A DNA stretch of 64,000 bases from the NCBI GenBank assembly GCA_902775555.1, contig CACYMQ010000002.1, positions 42,794-106,793 on the forward strand. The letters run 5' to 3'. Source of the stretch: an uncultured Lachnospiraceae bacterium. GTDB taxonomy: Bacteria > Bacillota > Clostridia > Lachnospirales > Lachnospiraceae. A program made the translations under genes and the position numbers. The notes under the pieces were generated by a model. The model did no database searches and was not told where the DNA came from. It saw nothing but the letters and a program-made list of their open reading frames with translations. Below are positions 29,242-39,195 of the stretch, piece by piece. The first letter of the stretch is position 1, and the number at the start of each line of letters is the position of its first letter.

Positions 29242-29742
29242 TTAGTTCGGAATCACAAGTTCCTCATATGCGATCTCAACGGACTCGATCGCAACACCGG
29301 AGTTGCCGGCATCCAGATCGGGGGCGTTGTACTTACATACCCACGCATTTGTCAGAGTCCATGTTCTGGTACCCGTCGGGGTAGTTACTGTCTGGGTAGG
29401 TGCACCGGGGTTGATGTCGATCAGCTCGATCGTAACATCATATCTCGGCATCTGACCTCTGGTCTCACTTACGCACTCCTGAACCCAGGTCTTAAAGGGG
29501 CTGTCAATGATGTAGCCCATCTTCAAAGTTACATTTCCGTGCTTAACAAGGCCCGGAATCTTTACAGGTGCAAGAGAACCTGAATTACCCTGTCTGAAGT
29601 CGATCACGTCGACCGATCCTTCCACGCCGGTCACCTCTGAGAACGCCGCAGTACCGGCAATCTCGGATACAGTGACCAGAAAGTTCATTTTTGTTAACGG
29701 ATAATAGGAACCTTTACCATTATCATAAGTATTAGCTGCCAT
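29242..29742 (-). CDS. Major inner tube protein (T4 gp19-like; Afp1-like)
   Basis: YPLTKMNFLV…AFSEVTG…FRQG…KIPGLVKHGNVTLKMG…WTLTNAWVCKYNAPDLDA…VAIESVEIAYEEL. Confidence 0.92.
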   Translation of the reverse strand: MAANTYDNGKGSYYPLTKMNFLVTVSEIAGTAAFSEVTGVEGSVDVIDFRQGNSGSLAPVKIPGLVKHGNVTLKMGYIIDSPFKTWVQECVSETRGQMPRYDVTIELIDINPGAPTQTVTTPTGTRTWTLTNAWVCKYNAPDLDAGNSGVAIESVEIAYEELVIPN

Positions 29743-29780
29743 ACTGTATTATCTTCCTTTCTTTAGTCTGTTTCCTTGAT

Positions 29781-31475
29781 TTACTCTCCGCCGCCGGATT
29801 CTGCCGTGAACTGGGTTACACGGAAGATTACGAATTCTGCCGGTCTGGACGGTGCGATACCTACGTTACAGATCAGTCGTCCGTTCATGATATCATCTCT
29901 GGACATCGTAGAAGTTCCGATCTCAACAAAGTAGCTGGAGGACGGTGAATCACCTGCCAGCATACCGTTTCTCCAAAGTCCGTCAAGGAATCCGGATACG
30001 GACAGCTGTACTCTCTGCCACAGTGTTGCATCATTCGGTTCGAATACAACCCAGTTGGTATTTGCCTTGATACTCTCCTCTACATAGATGAAAAGTCTGC
30101 GGACATTGACATACTTGAAGGTTGCATTTGTAGAAGCGGTACGCGCACCCCATACACGGATTCCCTGTCCGGGAAGCGCCCGGATCAGATTGATCCCTTC
30201 GGGGTTCAGGATATCCTGCTCCTCATTCGTATAATTGGTCTTCAGACCGGAGCAGAATACGGTCTCATTTGCAGGTGCCTTATGAACGCCTCTGGTCTGA
30301 TCGGTTCTTGCATATACACCCATGATCGCTCCTGAAGGAGGTACGAAATCAGCCTTGTTGGAAGACGGATCAAATACCTCGATCCACGGATGATACATAG
30401 CCGCATAGGTGGAATCGATCATGCTTCTGTAATTGATCAGATCGATGGGCTTGTAATAATCCTTCGGCATATCGATGACCGCGAAACGGTTCTTCTGGTT
30501 CTCGCAATGTCCTACCAGAGATACAACGACTTCGGGGATCGTAACACCGGGAACCGCCAGCATGCTGACATTGTTATTCTCAACAAATGCCTGCAGACCG
30601 GTACGCTTGCCGGGGCCGTTGTCCTGTCCGATAAATGTTCCGGCATTTACTTCGGATACGGAACCGTCTGCACCATCCTCAAGGAAGAAGGATCCGCTCT
30701 CTTCACCGTCTCCGAGGATCGCCTCAACCGGATCTCCCGCATCCTCCATGGGAGTAACCTCAACATCCACGATCTCGCTGCCGGCCAGCTTGGAGCCTAC
30801 ATAAAGCGGAGAAGCGGGATTGAAGGTCAGATCCGTATAACGCTCCAGATCATCACCGTAACGTACGATCATGTCAAATGTAACAACATACAGTACATTC
30901 TCGGGAATGATATTTGCATCAACGGCATCCTTCGGAAGATCATCCTCAAAGGTAAGCGTCTTGTCCATGATGGTCTTGATCCGTGTATAGGTTCCGTTGA
31001 ACTCGATGATATCGCCTTCACGAAGACCGTCAACGCTCTTTGCCTTATATCCGGAATCGGTCTCCTCAAGGAGCTGGATCTTATGACGCTTTACGGAATT
31101 CAGAGTGATCTGGATCTTGTTTCCCCAGGAACCGGGGTTCTTTGCCTTCACTGTGAGCAGACCCTGCTCAGCGGAAGCAGCCACAGCATCCTCGGGTGCA
31201 ACACGCATAACATAGCATCTGGTTCCGCCATTTGCGAAATACTGCTCTACGCTGTTTGCAAGGTATCTGAACTCACCATAGGTGAACTCATTCAGATATC
31301 CGCCGAAATTCTGCTTAAATGCCTTAAAACTCGGAACAAAAACGGGTGCTCCGCTTACCGGGCCCTTCTCTGCAAGACCGACAAAACCGGCCGTGCTGGT
31401 TCCTACGCCTTCGATGCCGCGTGGTGAATTGTCATATTCTTCCACATATACACCAGGTGAAAAATATTCTGCCAT
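29781..31475 (-). CDS. Contractile tail sheath protein
   Basis: MAEYFSPGVYVEE…TSTAGFVG; VPPSGAIMGVYARTDQTRGVHKAPAN; GIRVWGART; YVNVRRLF; PAEFVIFRVTQ. Confidence 0.97.
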   Translation of the reverse strand: MAEYFSPGVYVEEYDNSPRGIEGVGTSTAGFVGLAEKGPVSGAPVFVPSFKAFKQNFGGYLNEFTYGEFRYLANSVEQYFANGGTRCYVMRVAPEDAVAASAEQGLLTVKAKNPGSWGNKIQITLNSVKRHKIQLLEETDSGYKAKSVDGLREGDIIEFNGTYTRIKTIMDKTLTFEDDLPKDAVDANIIPENVLYVVTFDMIVRYGDDLERYTDLTFNPASPLYVGSKLAGSEIVDVEVTPMEDAGDPVEAILGDGEESGSFFLEDGADGSVSEVNAGTFIGQDNGPGKRTGLQAFVENNNVSMLAVPGVTIPEVVVSLVGHCENQKNRFAVIDMPKDYYKPIDLINYRSMIDSTYAAMYHPWIEVFDPSSNKADFVPPSGAIMGVYARTDQTRGVHKAPANETVFCSGLKTNYTNEEQDILNPEGINLIRALPGQGIRVWGARTASTNATFKYVNVRRLFIYVEESIKANTNWVVFEPNDATLWQRVQLSVSGFLDGLWRNGMLAGDSPSSSYFVEIGTSTMSRDDIMNGRLICNVGIAPSRPAEFVIFRVTQFTAESGGGE

Positions 31476-31514
31476 TTTTTCTTTTCCTTTCTTTGATTAA
31501 GATACCATGAAGAA

Positions 31515-31904
31515 TCAATTTGCATTTGTCTTCTGCTGACCCGGAACGGTTACCGTGATCTGGCCGGCATAGGCACACATCAGCTTGCAATCCTGTGTCA
31601 AACAGGGTTTCCCTGCGATCAGTACCTTTGGATTGGCTGGCAGCCAGGTGCCAACCGGAACCGGCATACATGGCTGCGGTGTCAGGGTTCCCATAGCTGC
31701 TGCCGTTGCGGAAGCAACCGCCGGATTAGCAAGCGACATGCACATCCCAAATGGTCCGACATTTGTCGTCGGAGCCGCGTCCTGAATGGTGGCCGCAGGT
31801 TTCCCTTCCGCCAATACCTTATTCTGTGACGACACTTTGATGGGTGCAGGTGCATTTCCCATGGAACACATCAGATTGCCACTCATAGCCACTAATAAAC
31901 TCAC
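31515..31904 (-). CDS. DUF4280 PAAR-like spike-tip protein
   Basis: LMCSMG…PFGMCMSLANPAVA…PQPCMP…W…VLIAGKP…LMCAYAGQI; four conserved Cys. Confidence 0.9.
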   Translation of the reverse strand: MSLLVAMSGNLMCSMGNAPAPIKVSSQNKVLAEGKPAATIQDAAPTTNVGPFGMCMSLANPAVASATAAAMGTLTPQPCMPVPVGTWLPANPKVLIAGKPCLTQDCKLMCAYAGQITVTVPGQQKTNAN

Positions 31905-32641
31905 TGTAATTCCTCCTGATCATTAAAATCAACTACCTGAAATCTTACCTCGTCTCCGACCACATAACGCACCAGATACTTTGTATCCTCTCCTTCATCG
32001 ATTACCCGGAGCAGATAACTTCCGTCATCCTTTACTCTTCCGTATACGATGCGTGCGATGGGCAGATTGGTGGCGAACTCTCCCTGTAATGGATTTTTCA
32101 GCTTAACAGACTTTTCGGAAATGATTTCCTCGATCTCGATTCTTTCATAGCTTGACCTGTCTGCTGACAGTAAACCGTAAACTGCTTCGTCCATCGGGGC
32201 TCTGCCTCCGGATGGAACATAAACCGACATGACATTGGTCTTCTTATTCAGACCTTCTGACATGCAGATACATTTCTTCAGGTTTACCGCCTCAATTCTT
32301 GTAAGAAAAGGAAGAGTGCCTGAGAAACTCTGCGTAAAATATGCTTTCGGCGTGTTCTCCGATGGCATCAGGAACACGTTGCAAACCGGAAGTCTCTCGT
32401 CCATTTCTTCGTAACAGACCTTTACCTCGTAATCTTCGTACCCCCGTACCGATATCCGCATAAGAAAATCTTCCCTGCCGGTATTGATGAATACATAGAT
32501 TCCCGCACCTCTCGACTCCGGTCTGACTGGTACGCCGTCTCTCATGAAACTAACGCTTCTCTCGTCTACTGTCGCTCCCGTTGTCGTGTCGAACAGATTT
32601 ATTAAAAGATCAAGCCGTGCACGAATAACAGAAGCTGCCAT
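31901..32641 (-). CDS. Hypothetical CIS-associated protein (246 aa)
   Basis: Strong RBS (AGGAGG); overlaps the DUF4280 start; predicted beta-rich sequence. Confidence 0.75.
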   Translation of the reverse strand: MAASVIRARLDLLINLFDTTTGATVDERSVSFMRDGVPVRPESRGAGIYVFINTGREDFLMRISVRGYEDYEVKVCYEEMDERLPVCNVFLMPSENTPKAYFTQSFSGTLPFLTRIEAVNLKKCICMSEGLNKKTNVMSVYVPSGGRAPMDEAVYGLLSADRSSYERIEIEEIISEKSVKLKNPLQGEFATNLPIARIVYGRVKDDGSYLLRVIDEGEDTKYLVRYVVGDEVRFQVVDFNDQEELQ

Positions 32642-32724
32642 TTCCTATCCTCCTTTCCTTCCCGCACAGGTGTAACCCCCCATGCTTCAACAAAAACCTG
32701 GAGACAATAACGCGTAAACACACA

Positions 32725-33315
32725 TTAATTTCCGTTGTCCCCTGCTACATGCAGTCCGATCTCGGCCTCGACTACGCGTGGCGTGTCGATGACTTCCGCA
32801 CTGGACAGATATACGGGTGCCGCCTTGTAGAACAGGCTGATCTGATATGGTTTGTTGATCGCCTGCCACACCCTTACCTTTTCCTCAAGACTTATCTTCG
32901 CCTGAGACAGTACGATCGGAGGTTCCTGTGTCGTAAGCCAGGACTGCAGTTCATCGGGCCGTACGCTGTTATTGTCATTAACAATCTGCGCAACCTTACC
33001 GATGATCTTCTGTACATCCGGATCCTTGAGTCCCATCTGGGCTCCTCCGTTAATAAAGACCATATAGTATAACGCAAATGGTCTGGGCGGCTTTGTCAGT
33101 TCGGCTCTGCCCCGTTCGATCATCCGCGGAGAGATCACCTGTATGTCCTCCACGATGTCGTACAGATACAGACCCACCAGATAATCCACATCCTGGGATG
33201 AGGGTGAGGATATCTCGATATTGTTAGGTGAGGGGATCGGTTCCGGGCACATTTTCTCCCGAAGCTTCCTCACGATATATGCACTTACATCTGCTATGAT
33301 AGGATAATCAGCCAT
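32725..33315 (-). CDS. DUF4255/Pvc16-like (Afp16) cap/tail-terminator protein
   Basis: IADVSAYIV..L…VGLYLYDIVE…PFALYYMVF…SLEEKVRVWQAINKPYQISLFY. Confidence 0.85.
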   Translation of the reverse strand: MADYPIIADVSAYIVRKLREKMCPEPIPSPNNIEISSPSSQDVDYLVGLYLYDIVEDIQVISPRMIERGRAELTKPPRPFALYYMVFINGGAQMGLKDPDVQKIIGKVAQIVNDNNSVRPDELQSWLTTQEPPIVLSQAKISLEEKVRVWQAINKPYQISLFYKAAPVYLSSAEVIDTPRVVEAEIGLHVAGDNGN

Positions 33316-33344
33316 TGTTTTTCCTCTTAAATAAAGCCTTCTGT

Positions 33345-35897
33345 TTACTCCAGGATGCTTCCCAGGATCTCATTTACTCTTCCTTCCATGGATTCCGTCA
33401 GGCAGACTGCGTACTCCGTATTCAGAACATATTCCGAATAACATCTGAGCAGCACTCCTGCATCCTCCTCAGACAGATACAGCGTCCCGTCCGATACCGT
33501 CTTATACATGAGCTTCTCTTCCTGACCGCCGCGCTGTATCTGATCGGATCCGCTGACGAAAACGATGCTGTTCCCGCCGTCACTCATGGTCACGGACCGT
33601 TTGGAAGTATCATAATAATATCTGTAATCCGTGCAGAGGCCGATGGTCTTCAGATTGATATATTCGGGATTCTTGTCCTCATACTGATCATACAGATACT
33701 TACTGTCCTTCGAACGCATCAGACTCGCCATATCCGCTGCAAGCGAACGTGCCGCTGCGACACCGTTCCGCCCGAGTCTGGAAACCAGAGCGGTTGCCAT
33801 GGCAAGATCCTCTGCCCCCATCGTCTCCACCGGTTTCCCGAATTCTGCAGCGAGAGCCGACCGGATATCTTCTTCGCTCAAACGGATCGCAGCCGATGAG
33901 GTACCTTCCTCCTTCCCTGGATCCGATGATCCGGAGCCTGCATCGGAAGCAGACGGATTTCCGACTTCCTCCAGTTTATCCTCAAGCTTATCCAGTGCCT
34001 CATCCGCGTCCAGATCCTTAAGTGCCGTTACGGCTGCGGAAACATCCGCCTTCGGATCCTTTGCCAGTTCTGCCAGTGCCTCCGACGCGATCCTGTCGGC
34101 AAGCTCGGCATCCGCACTCTGTCCGGTCCTTGCAGCCTCGGCCGCGATATCAAGATCCACTGCCGCGATCTTGTCATCATACAGATTGGCGGTGGCAAGA
34201 TCATTATCATCCAGTGCCTGATCTCTCTTGCTCTGGAGCTCGGCTTTTTTATCATACAGCTGATCCATTTTGGATTTCAGGCTTTCCTCCGATGTCCGTA
34301 TCTCCGTCGACGCCTTCTTCAGCCAGTTGGCATGACCGTCGATGGAACTGCCTGCCCTGGATTTAAATGCGTCATCCGGGACAGAGGCATAAAGTCCTTC
34401 CGTCCAGGAGATACAGCCTTTCACATAAAGCAGCCCGTCAGCCGCACTTACACGCATACGATATGCATCAATGAGGAATTCCAGTTCACTCCGTTTCGCC
34501 TCCAGATCATCCATCTGGGTATCAAGCGCCTTCTCGGCAGCCGCCGAAGATGCGCCCCTGGAAGCCTCCCTGGTATACTCTGCCGACGCTCCGCGGGTCA
34601 GTGCCGTCTCATACTGGGTTTCGGCAAGGTTGAGAAGGGAATGATCCAGCAGATATACTTCACTTTCGGAATTTCTGACCATATTTGAACTGATATTCCG
34701 AACGTCTCTCAGATAGGTGAGGGCATTTCCGGCTCCCGACGTGGAGACCTCATCGATCACCTGTCTTGAAAATACATATTGGGCATGTCCGAGGACCGTA
34801 GACCCGTCCATCAAAGCTTTGGACTGCGTATCGTAGTAGGATTGCTGGCAGTTCTGAAGACATTCTCCGATGGCCGAGATCAGAGCGGGATCCGTCTGAA
34901 ATGCCACCTCCTGCTCCGAATCATGTTCTCTCACCTGCATCAGGGATTCCTTCAGGCTCTTCAGATACCCGGGATCCTGCGCATTGGAATCACCGGCGGT
35001 ATAAGGATTCCTGAAATCTCCGGAGGATGTATAATAGCTTCCGGATGCCAGATCATACAGGACACCGAGGGCATGCTCGTCCAGCATGGCCAGTTTATTC
35101 ATTACCACACTTCTTCTGGCCGCATCCACATTTGCCATCAGTGAATATACGATCTCTGCTTCTTCCTGTTTCTTCTCTGCTTTCAGGGACTTATAGGCCT
35201 CATACAGCCGCTTCAGATCCGCGTCGTAACCATCCGTCTCCGCATCCCGAAGATCCATCGCAAAGAACGTCGAAAGGATCTGGTAGGTATAACGGTCCAC
35301 CCGCTTCCTTCCGGTGATCTCGGAATTCTTATCGATCAGATACTGATCCTCGGAAACCGTCTGCCCGGTCTTGGAATCGCTGAACTGTGACCACAGAGGT
35401 TCCAGTTCCTTCAGCTTGGAAAGATCATAAGGATCCGGGATGTCAAAGGGGTTCACCTCAGCTCCGTTGGATGTATCGATCAGGATCCCGTCGGAACCCA
35501 CATAATACTGAACAAAGAGATCTGCCAGATCCGATTCGGGTACGGAATTCGCACTGTTCATGATATCACTAAGGGATTCCGCATCCGTTACATCATACCA
35601 GAGATCATCTCCGACCTCTGATTTATAATAGATCTTCATCTGGCTGGACTGACTGGCGGAATCCACGGCTTTCTCATACAGTTCATCCGTCAGGGCATCC
35701 ATATGGATCAGATAGGTGCCGATAAAGAGGGTGGAAACACCGATATTGTTTTTTGAAGAAAACTGTGAAAAACGAACAGCCTCATCGGGCCCGAGGACAG
35801 CCAGCGCCCTGTCCTTGGCAAAACTGAAGGCGATGACAAACACAAATGCCGTCACCAGAAGCTGAGCTATTCTTTTTTTCAGCTTTTTTCCGTTCAT
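33345..35897 (-). CDS. Secreted coiled-coil hypothetical protein (850 aa)
   Basis: Signal-like N-terminus (IAQLLVTAFVFVIAFSFA); helical K/D/A-rich central segment; ATGA overlap with the upstream gene. Confidence 0.8.
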   Translation of the reverse strand: MNGKKLKKRIAQLLVTAFVFVIAFSFAKDRALAVLGPDEAVRFSQFSSKNNIGVSTLFIGTYLIHMDALTDELYEKAVDSASQSSQMKIYYKSEVGDDLWYDVTDAESLSDIMNSANSVPESDLADLFVQYYVGSDGILIDTSNGAEVNPFDIPDPYDLSKLKELEPLWSQFSDSKTGQTVSEDQYLIDKNSEITGRKRVDRYTYQILSTFFAMDLRDAETDGYDADLKRLYEAYKSLKAEKKQEEAEIVYSLMANVDAARRSVVMNKLAMLDEHALGVLYDLASGSYYTSSGDFRNPYTAGDSNAQDPGYLKSLKESLMQVREHDSEQEVAFQTDPALISAIGECLQNCQQSYYDTQSKALMDGSTVLGHAQYVFSRQVIDEVSTSGAGNALTYLRDVRNISSNMVRNSESEVYLLDHSLLNLAETQYETALTRGASAEYTREASRGASSAAAEKALDTQMDDLEAKRSELEFLIDAYRMRVSAADGLLYVKGCISWTEGLYASVPDDAFKSRAGSSIDGHANWLKKASTEIRTSEESLKSKMDQLYDKKAELQSKRDQALDDNDLATANLYDDKIAAVDLDIAAEAARTGQSADAELADRIASEALAELAKDPKADVSAAVTALKDLDADEALDKLEDKLEEVGNPSASDAGSGSSDPGKEEGTSSAAIRLSEEDIRSALAAEFGKPVETMGAEDLAMATALVSRLGRNGVAAARSLAADMASLMRSKDSKYLYDQYEDKNPEYINLKTIGLCTDYRYYYDTSKRSVTMSDGGNSIVFVSGSDQIQRGGQEEKLMYKTVSDGTLYLSEEDAGVLLRCYSEYVLNTEYAVCLTESMEGRVNEILGSILE

Positions 35898-37945
35898 TCC
35901 GTTACCCGTTTCTTAAGCTTTCCGCTTCCCGTATCCATATATGCGATATACAGGAGTTTTTCCGATGTATCATAGAATTCGATACTGAGTTTATCCAGAT
36001 CTGCGGATACCAGACCGAGATGCCGGAATTCCTCATGGATCTCCGATCTCTCCCTGCTTCCCAGCGTCTTACCGGTTTCCGTGAGCACCCTGTAATAACC
36101 GACGCCTTCGCTCTCCAAAGGCGTAAAAGTGATGCTGGCCATTCCCGTCGTTTCACTGATCCGGGTCAGGAAAGAGCCTACGATCCCGGTCTCTTCCTTG
36201 TTGAGGCTCATGGCTGTCACTATACTCAGCACACCGTTTTCATCGTTCGGGTCGATCACGCAGTCATCCACGAACTCCTCCCCGCTGTACAGCCGGATCC
36301 GAACCTGTCCGATATTCTCCCGGGTCAGTGCCATATGCCGGATGGATCCGTCCACAGGCGTCCGGTCTCCGATCCTCTGGTCATCACACCATAATTCGAA
36401 ATGTGTGATGGTGACCGGGAAATCCTTTGGGATATAGACCGAAAGCTCAAAGAGTTCTCTCTGGATAATGGGCTTCAGGTAATACTGCGCTTCCTTCTTA
36501 TCCCTTTTGATATAACTCTCTCCTTCCGCAGCCACATTCAGCTCCGGGTCCGTACCCGACAGCAGCGCGCTGACAGCTCCGCAGGTCAGACGGTCAAAGG
36601 AATAGAAGGTCTGGGTGTAGAGCTTCATGGCTTCCAGCAGGGAATCCTGATAGTTTTCATATTCCTCCACCGCATTTTCATACTCTTCCTGTGTCAGCTC
36701 CCCCATGCGGTTTTGGGCTTCATACTGCTTTGCTCTGCTCCCGGCTTCCGTCTGTTCCGTCAGATACTTCTGATAGGAACTGCGGATATTGATATAACTG
36801 TTAAAGGCCTCCTCGATCTTCCGGTCGAGCTCAGCCCTGGCCGCTTCTTCCTCTTCCCGGGCGGAGACATAGTCCAGCACATTCTGATAGAGTACATAGG
36901 GATCGTCTTCTATGTAACGGGTACCATCCAGGGAACCCTTCATCCATTCCTTCGGGATCTCGATAAAGCGGCAGATCTTCTTGTCTCCTTCCCAGTAGCT
37001 GTCCACCTGCTCCAGGAATTTCTGATAATCATTCTTAAAGGATCTGGAGTTCACTTCCCGTCCTGCCAGAGCGTCACTCACGTAACGCGAGATCATGTGG
37101 ATATCCTTCTTGTACCGGGACTCCATCAGCTCATAGTTGATACTGAGTTCCAGCTTGGCGGTGAGGGAGGCGATACACGCCTCATAATATGTGGCATCCC
37201 GGTCCTCTGTATAAGTGATCAGCGCCGGAAGCATGGATCGTTGGATCGTCGCCTCCGTATAAGGCCGTTCAAATGTGTAACCTGTAGTCACATCCAGTCC
37301 CGTCATCTCAGACAGTCTCTTCAGATCAGCCTCCAGGGTCCTTCGGTCAGCGGATATACGTCCGGTCAGCTCATCCAGTTTCTTCTGCTGACGTTCCAGA
37401 TCTCCTTCTGTCGCTTCTCCTGTCTTGATCATCTTTCGTGTATGCGCGATCCCGCTTTCCAGTCTCTTATACCGGTCCTCGGCATATGCATTCTTTTCCT
37501 GAAGCGTAACGATCTCTACATAAAGGTTATTCACTTCCTCGGAAAGCCCGTACAGCTCATCCTGAACCTTACGCTCGGCCACCTGAACCTCTCCGGCCAG
37601 CTGAACCGGCTTAAACTCAAACTCCGATGCCTCCGAGAGATTCGGCTTCTCCGAAACGGAAATGCTCTGAAGCGGACTCCAATGAAGCGTGGACATGCTC
37701 TTTTGCCTCATCTTAACGGCTTTTACCGCGCTTTCCCTCTCTGCCTTCTTTGCCTCTACCTGCATCTTTGCAGCCTCATAGGAAGCATCATTTCGAAGAG
37801 CCAGAGCCCGGGCCTCATCCAGTGTCAGATTTTTATCGGCTGCATCTGTGGGGATCGGGGGATAGGTCATGAGCATACTAACCAATACCGCGGCACTTAG
37901 CGCAGCACTGATCAGACGCTTTCTCCATTTCCCGGTCTTTCTCAT
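35894..37945 (-). CDS. TolC/outer-membrane-efflux-like helical protein with C-terminal beta domains
   Basis: Signal peptide; LTLDEARALALRND start; repeated long helices (VNNLYVEIVTLQE…; IEEAFNSYINIRSSYQ…QNRMGELTQEEY) typical of OEP repeats. Confidence 0.68.
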   Translation of the reverse strand: MRKTGKWRKRLISAALSAAVLVSMLMTYPPIPTDAADKNLTLDEARALALRNDASYEAAKMQVEAKKAERESAVKAVKMRQKSMSTLHWSPLQSISVSEKPNLSEASEFEFKPVQLAGEVQVAERKVQDELYGLSEEVNNLYVEIVTLQEKNAYAEDRYKRLESGIAHTRKMIKTGEATEGDLERQQKKLDELTGRISADRRTLEADLKRLSEMTGLDVTTGYTFERPYTEATIQRSMLPALITYTEDRDATYYEACIASLTAKLELSINYELMESRYKKDIHMISRYVSDALAGREVNSRSFKNDYQKFLEQVDSYWEGDKKICRFIEIPKEWMKGSLDGTRYIEDDPYVLYQNVLDYVSAREEEEAARAELDRKIEEAFNSYINIRSSYQKYLTEQTEAGSRAKQYEAQNRMGELTQEEYENAVEEYENYQDSLLEAMKLYTQTFYSFDRLTCGAVSALLSGTDPELNVAAEGESYIKRDKKEAQYYLKPIIQRELFELSVYIPKDFPVTITHFELWCDDQRIGDRTPVDGSIRHMALTRENIGQVRIRLYSGEEFVDDCVIDPNDENGVLSIVTAMSLNKEETGIVGSFLTRISETTGMASITFTPLESEGVGYYRVLTETGKTLGSRERSEIHEEFRHLGLVSADLDKLSIEFYDTSEKLLYIAYMDTGSGKLKKRVTE

Positions 37946-39177
37946 TGATCTCCTCCGGACTGTATCTCGTAAAATGCAAAATTTCCGCCCTTCTCATTAC
38001 ATACGAAGGAATAGTTCAGATCCCCCCGCCTGAAGGTATAAATATAAACTGTATACTGCTGGTCGAAGCTGTTTACGACCACGTCGTCGCTGTACACCAT
38101 CGTGGTGTCCATATTGATCCGCCCCTTCAGCGTATTCTGTCTGTCATTCAGGATATTGATCGCAACCGCCTCCGGTAAGATAACGGAGGAGTATCCCTCA
38201 TAGACCGGTTCCCCGAGGATCTGCTTTACGACCTCGATCCCTCTTGCCTCCAGTCTTCCCGACCGGAATACATTTGACAGGACGATCACATTGACTGCTT
38301 TCATCTCATCATCGGTCGCTGCTCCGTCACCCTTTGCAAGATACAGTGCATTGATGTCGGACAGATGGATCACGGCATCACTGCCCAGATCCTCATTTTC
38401 CTCATACAGCTTCTGTTTTCCGAGATATTTCTCCCGGATCTCCTTCGGCGTTTTTCCAAGCAGTTCCCCATATATGATCTCATCCGAAGCGAAGGTTCCT
38501 TCATACACCGGATTCCCGCCGGAATCAAAGAGTTTGCCTTCGCCCTCCTTCATTCCTTCAAAAAAGGTCCCCTCATACTCTCTTGTCCCGTTGGGACGGA
38601 ACAGCGTTCCCTGTCCTTCATAGAGATTTGCATGGAAATTGCCCTTATAGCGAACCGCTCCGCTCTCGTAGCTCAGCGTACCTTCGCCCTCATAGCGGTT
38701 CTTCTCAAATGTTCCCGAGTACAGCACCACTCCGTCGCGTGAAAAGAGTTTCCCCTCTCCCGTCACATAGCCCTTGCTGACCTGCCCTTCATAAGCGATA
38801 TATCCCGACTTGGCCTTGATCCGGACCTTGTCGTCTGCCAGGCGCAGCATAAAGGAATTGTAGGAATAGGTAGGGATCCCGCCGGAGCTGCCGGAGAACA
38901 GTTTCAGCGAAGAGGTGATGTACCAGATGCTGAGGACTCCTACTACGATGATGATCAGGTAGGCAAGGCGTTTGCTGATCATCCAGCGGAATACCGTGTA
39001 GTAGTCATCCTTGTTCTTCGGTCTTACATCGAACAGCTTTACGAAGAAATCCCGGATCCTGCCAATGATCCTGGTCCTTACAAAATCCCAGCTGAGCAGC
39101 AGGCGGAGTTTGGACACCAGGGACGCGAACTTTGATTTAATTGAAGAAAAAAGTACACTGAATAGATTCTGTCCCAT
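37942..39177 (-). CDS. Membrane-anchored MORN-repeat protein
   Basis: One TM, then tandem YEG.F…YEG.G.L repeats (YSGTFEKNRYEGEGTL, YKGNFHANLYEGQGTL, YEGTFFEGMKEGEGKL). Confidence 0.88.
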   Translation of the reverse strand: MGQNLFSVLFSSIKSKFASLVSKLRLLLSWDFVRTRIIGRIRDFFVKLFDVRPKNKDDYYTVFRWMISKRLAYLIIIVVGVLSIWYITSSLKLFSGSSGGIPTYSYNSFMLRLADDKVRIKAKSGYIAYEGQVSKGYVTGEGKLFSRDGVVLYSGTFEKNRYEGEGTLSYESGAVRYKGNFHANLYEGQGTLFRPNGTREYEGTFFEGMKEGEGKLFDSGGNPVYEGTFASDEIIYGELLGKTPKEIREKYLGKQKLYEENEDLGSDAVIHLSDINALYLAKGDGAATDDEMKAVNVIVLSNVFRSGRLEARGIEVVKQILGEPVYEGYSSVILPEAVAINILNDRQNTLKGRINMDTTMVYSDDVVVNSFDQQYTVYIYTFRRGDLNYSFVCNEKGGNFAFYEIQSGGDQ

Positions 39178-39195
39178 TTCTCCCTGCTTCCTATC

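Noticed and set aside
6675-33315. Prophage or R-type tailocin (diffocin-like)
   Set aside because: No capsid, portal, terminase, integrase, holin or endolysin; Pvc15-like ATPase and Pvc16-like cap point to the eCIS family.
6675-33315. Canonical T6SS
   Set aside because: No TssJ/L/M, TssA, TssK or ClpV recognised; the sheath is a single phage-type protein rather than TssB/TssC.
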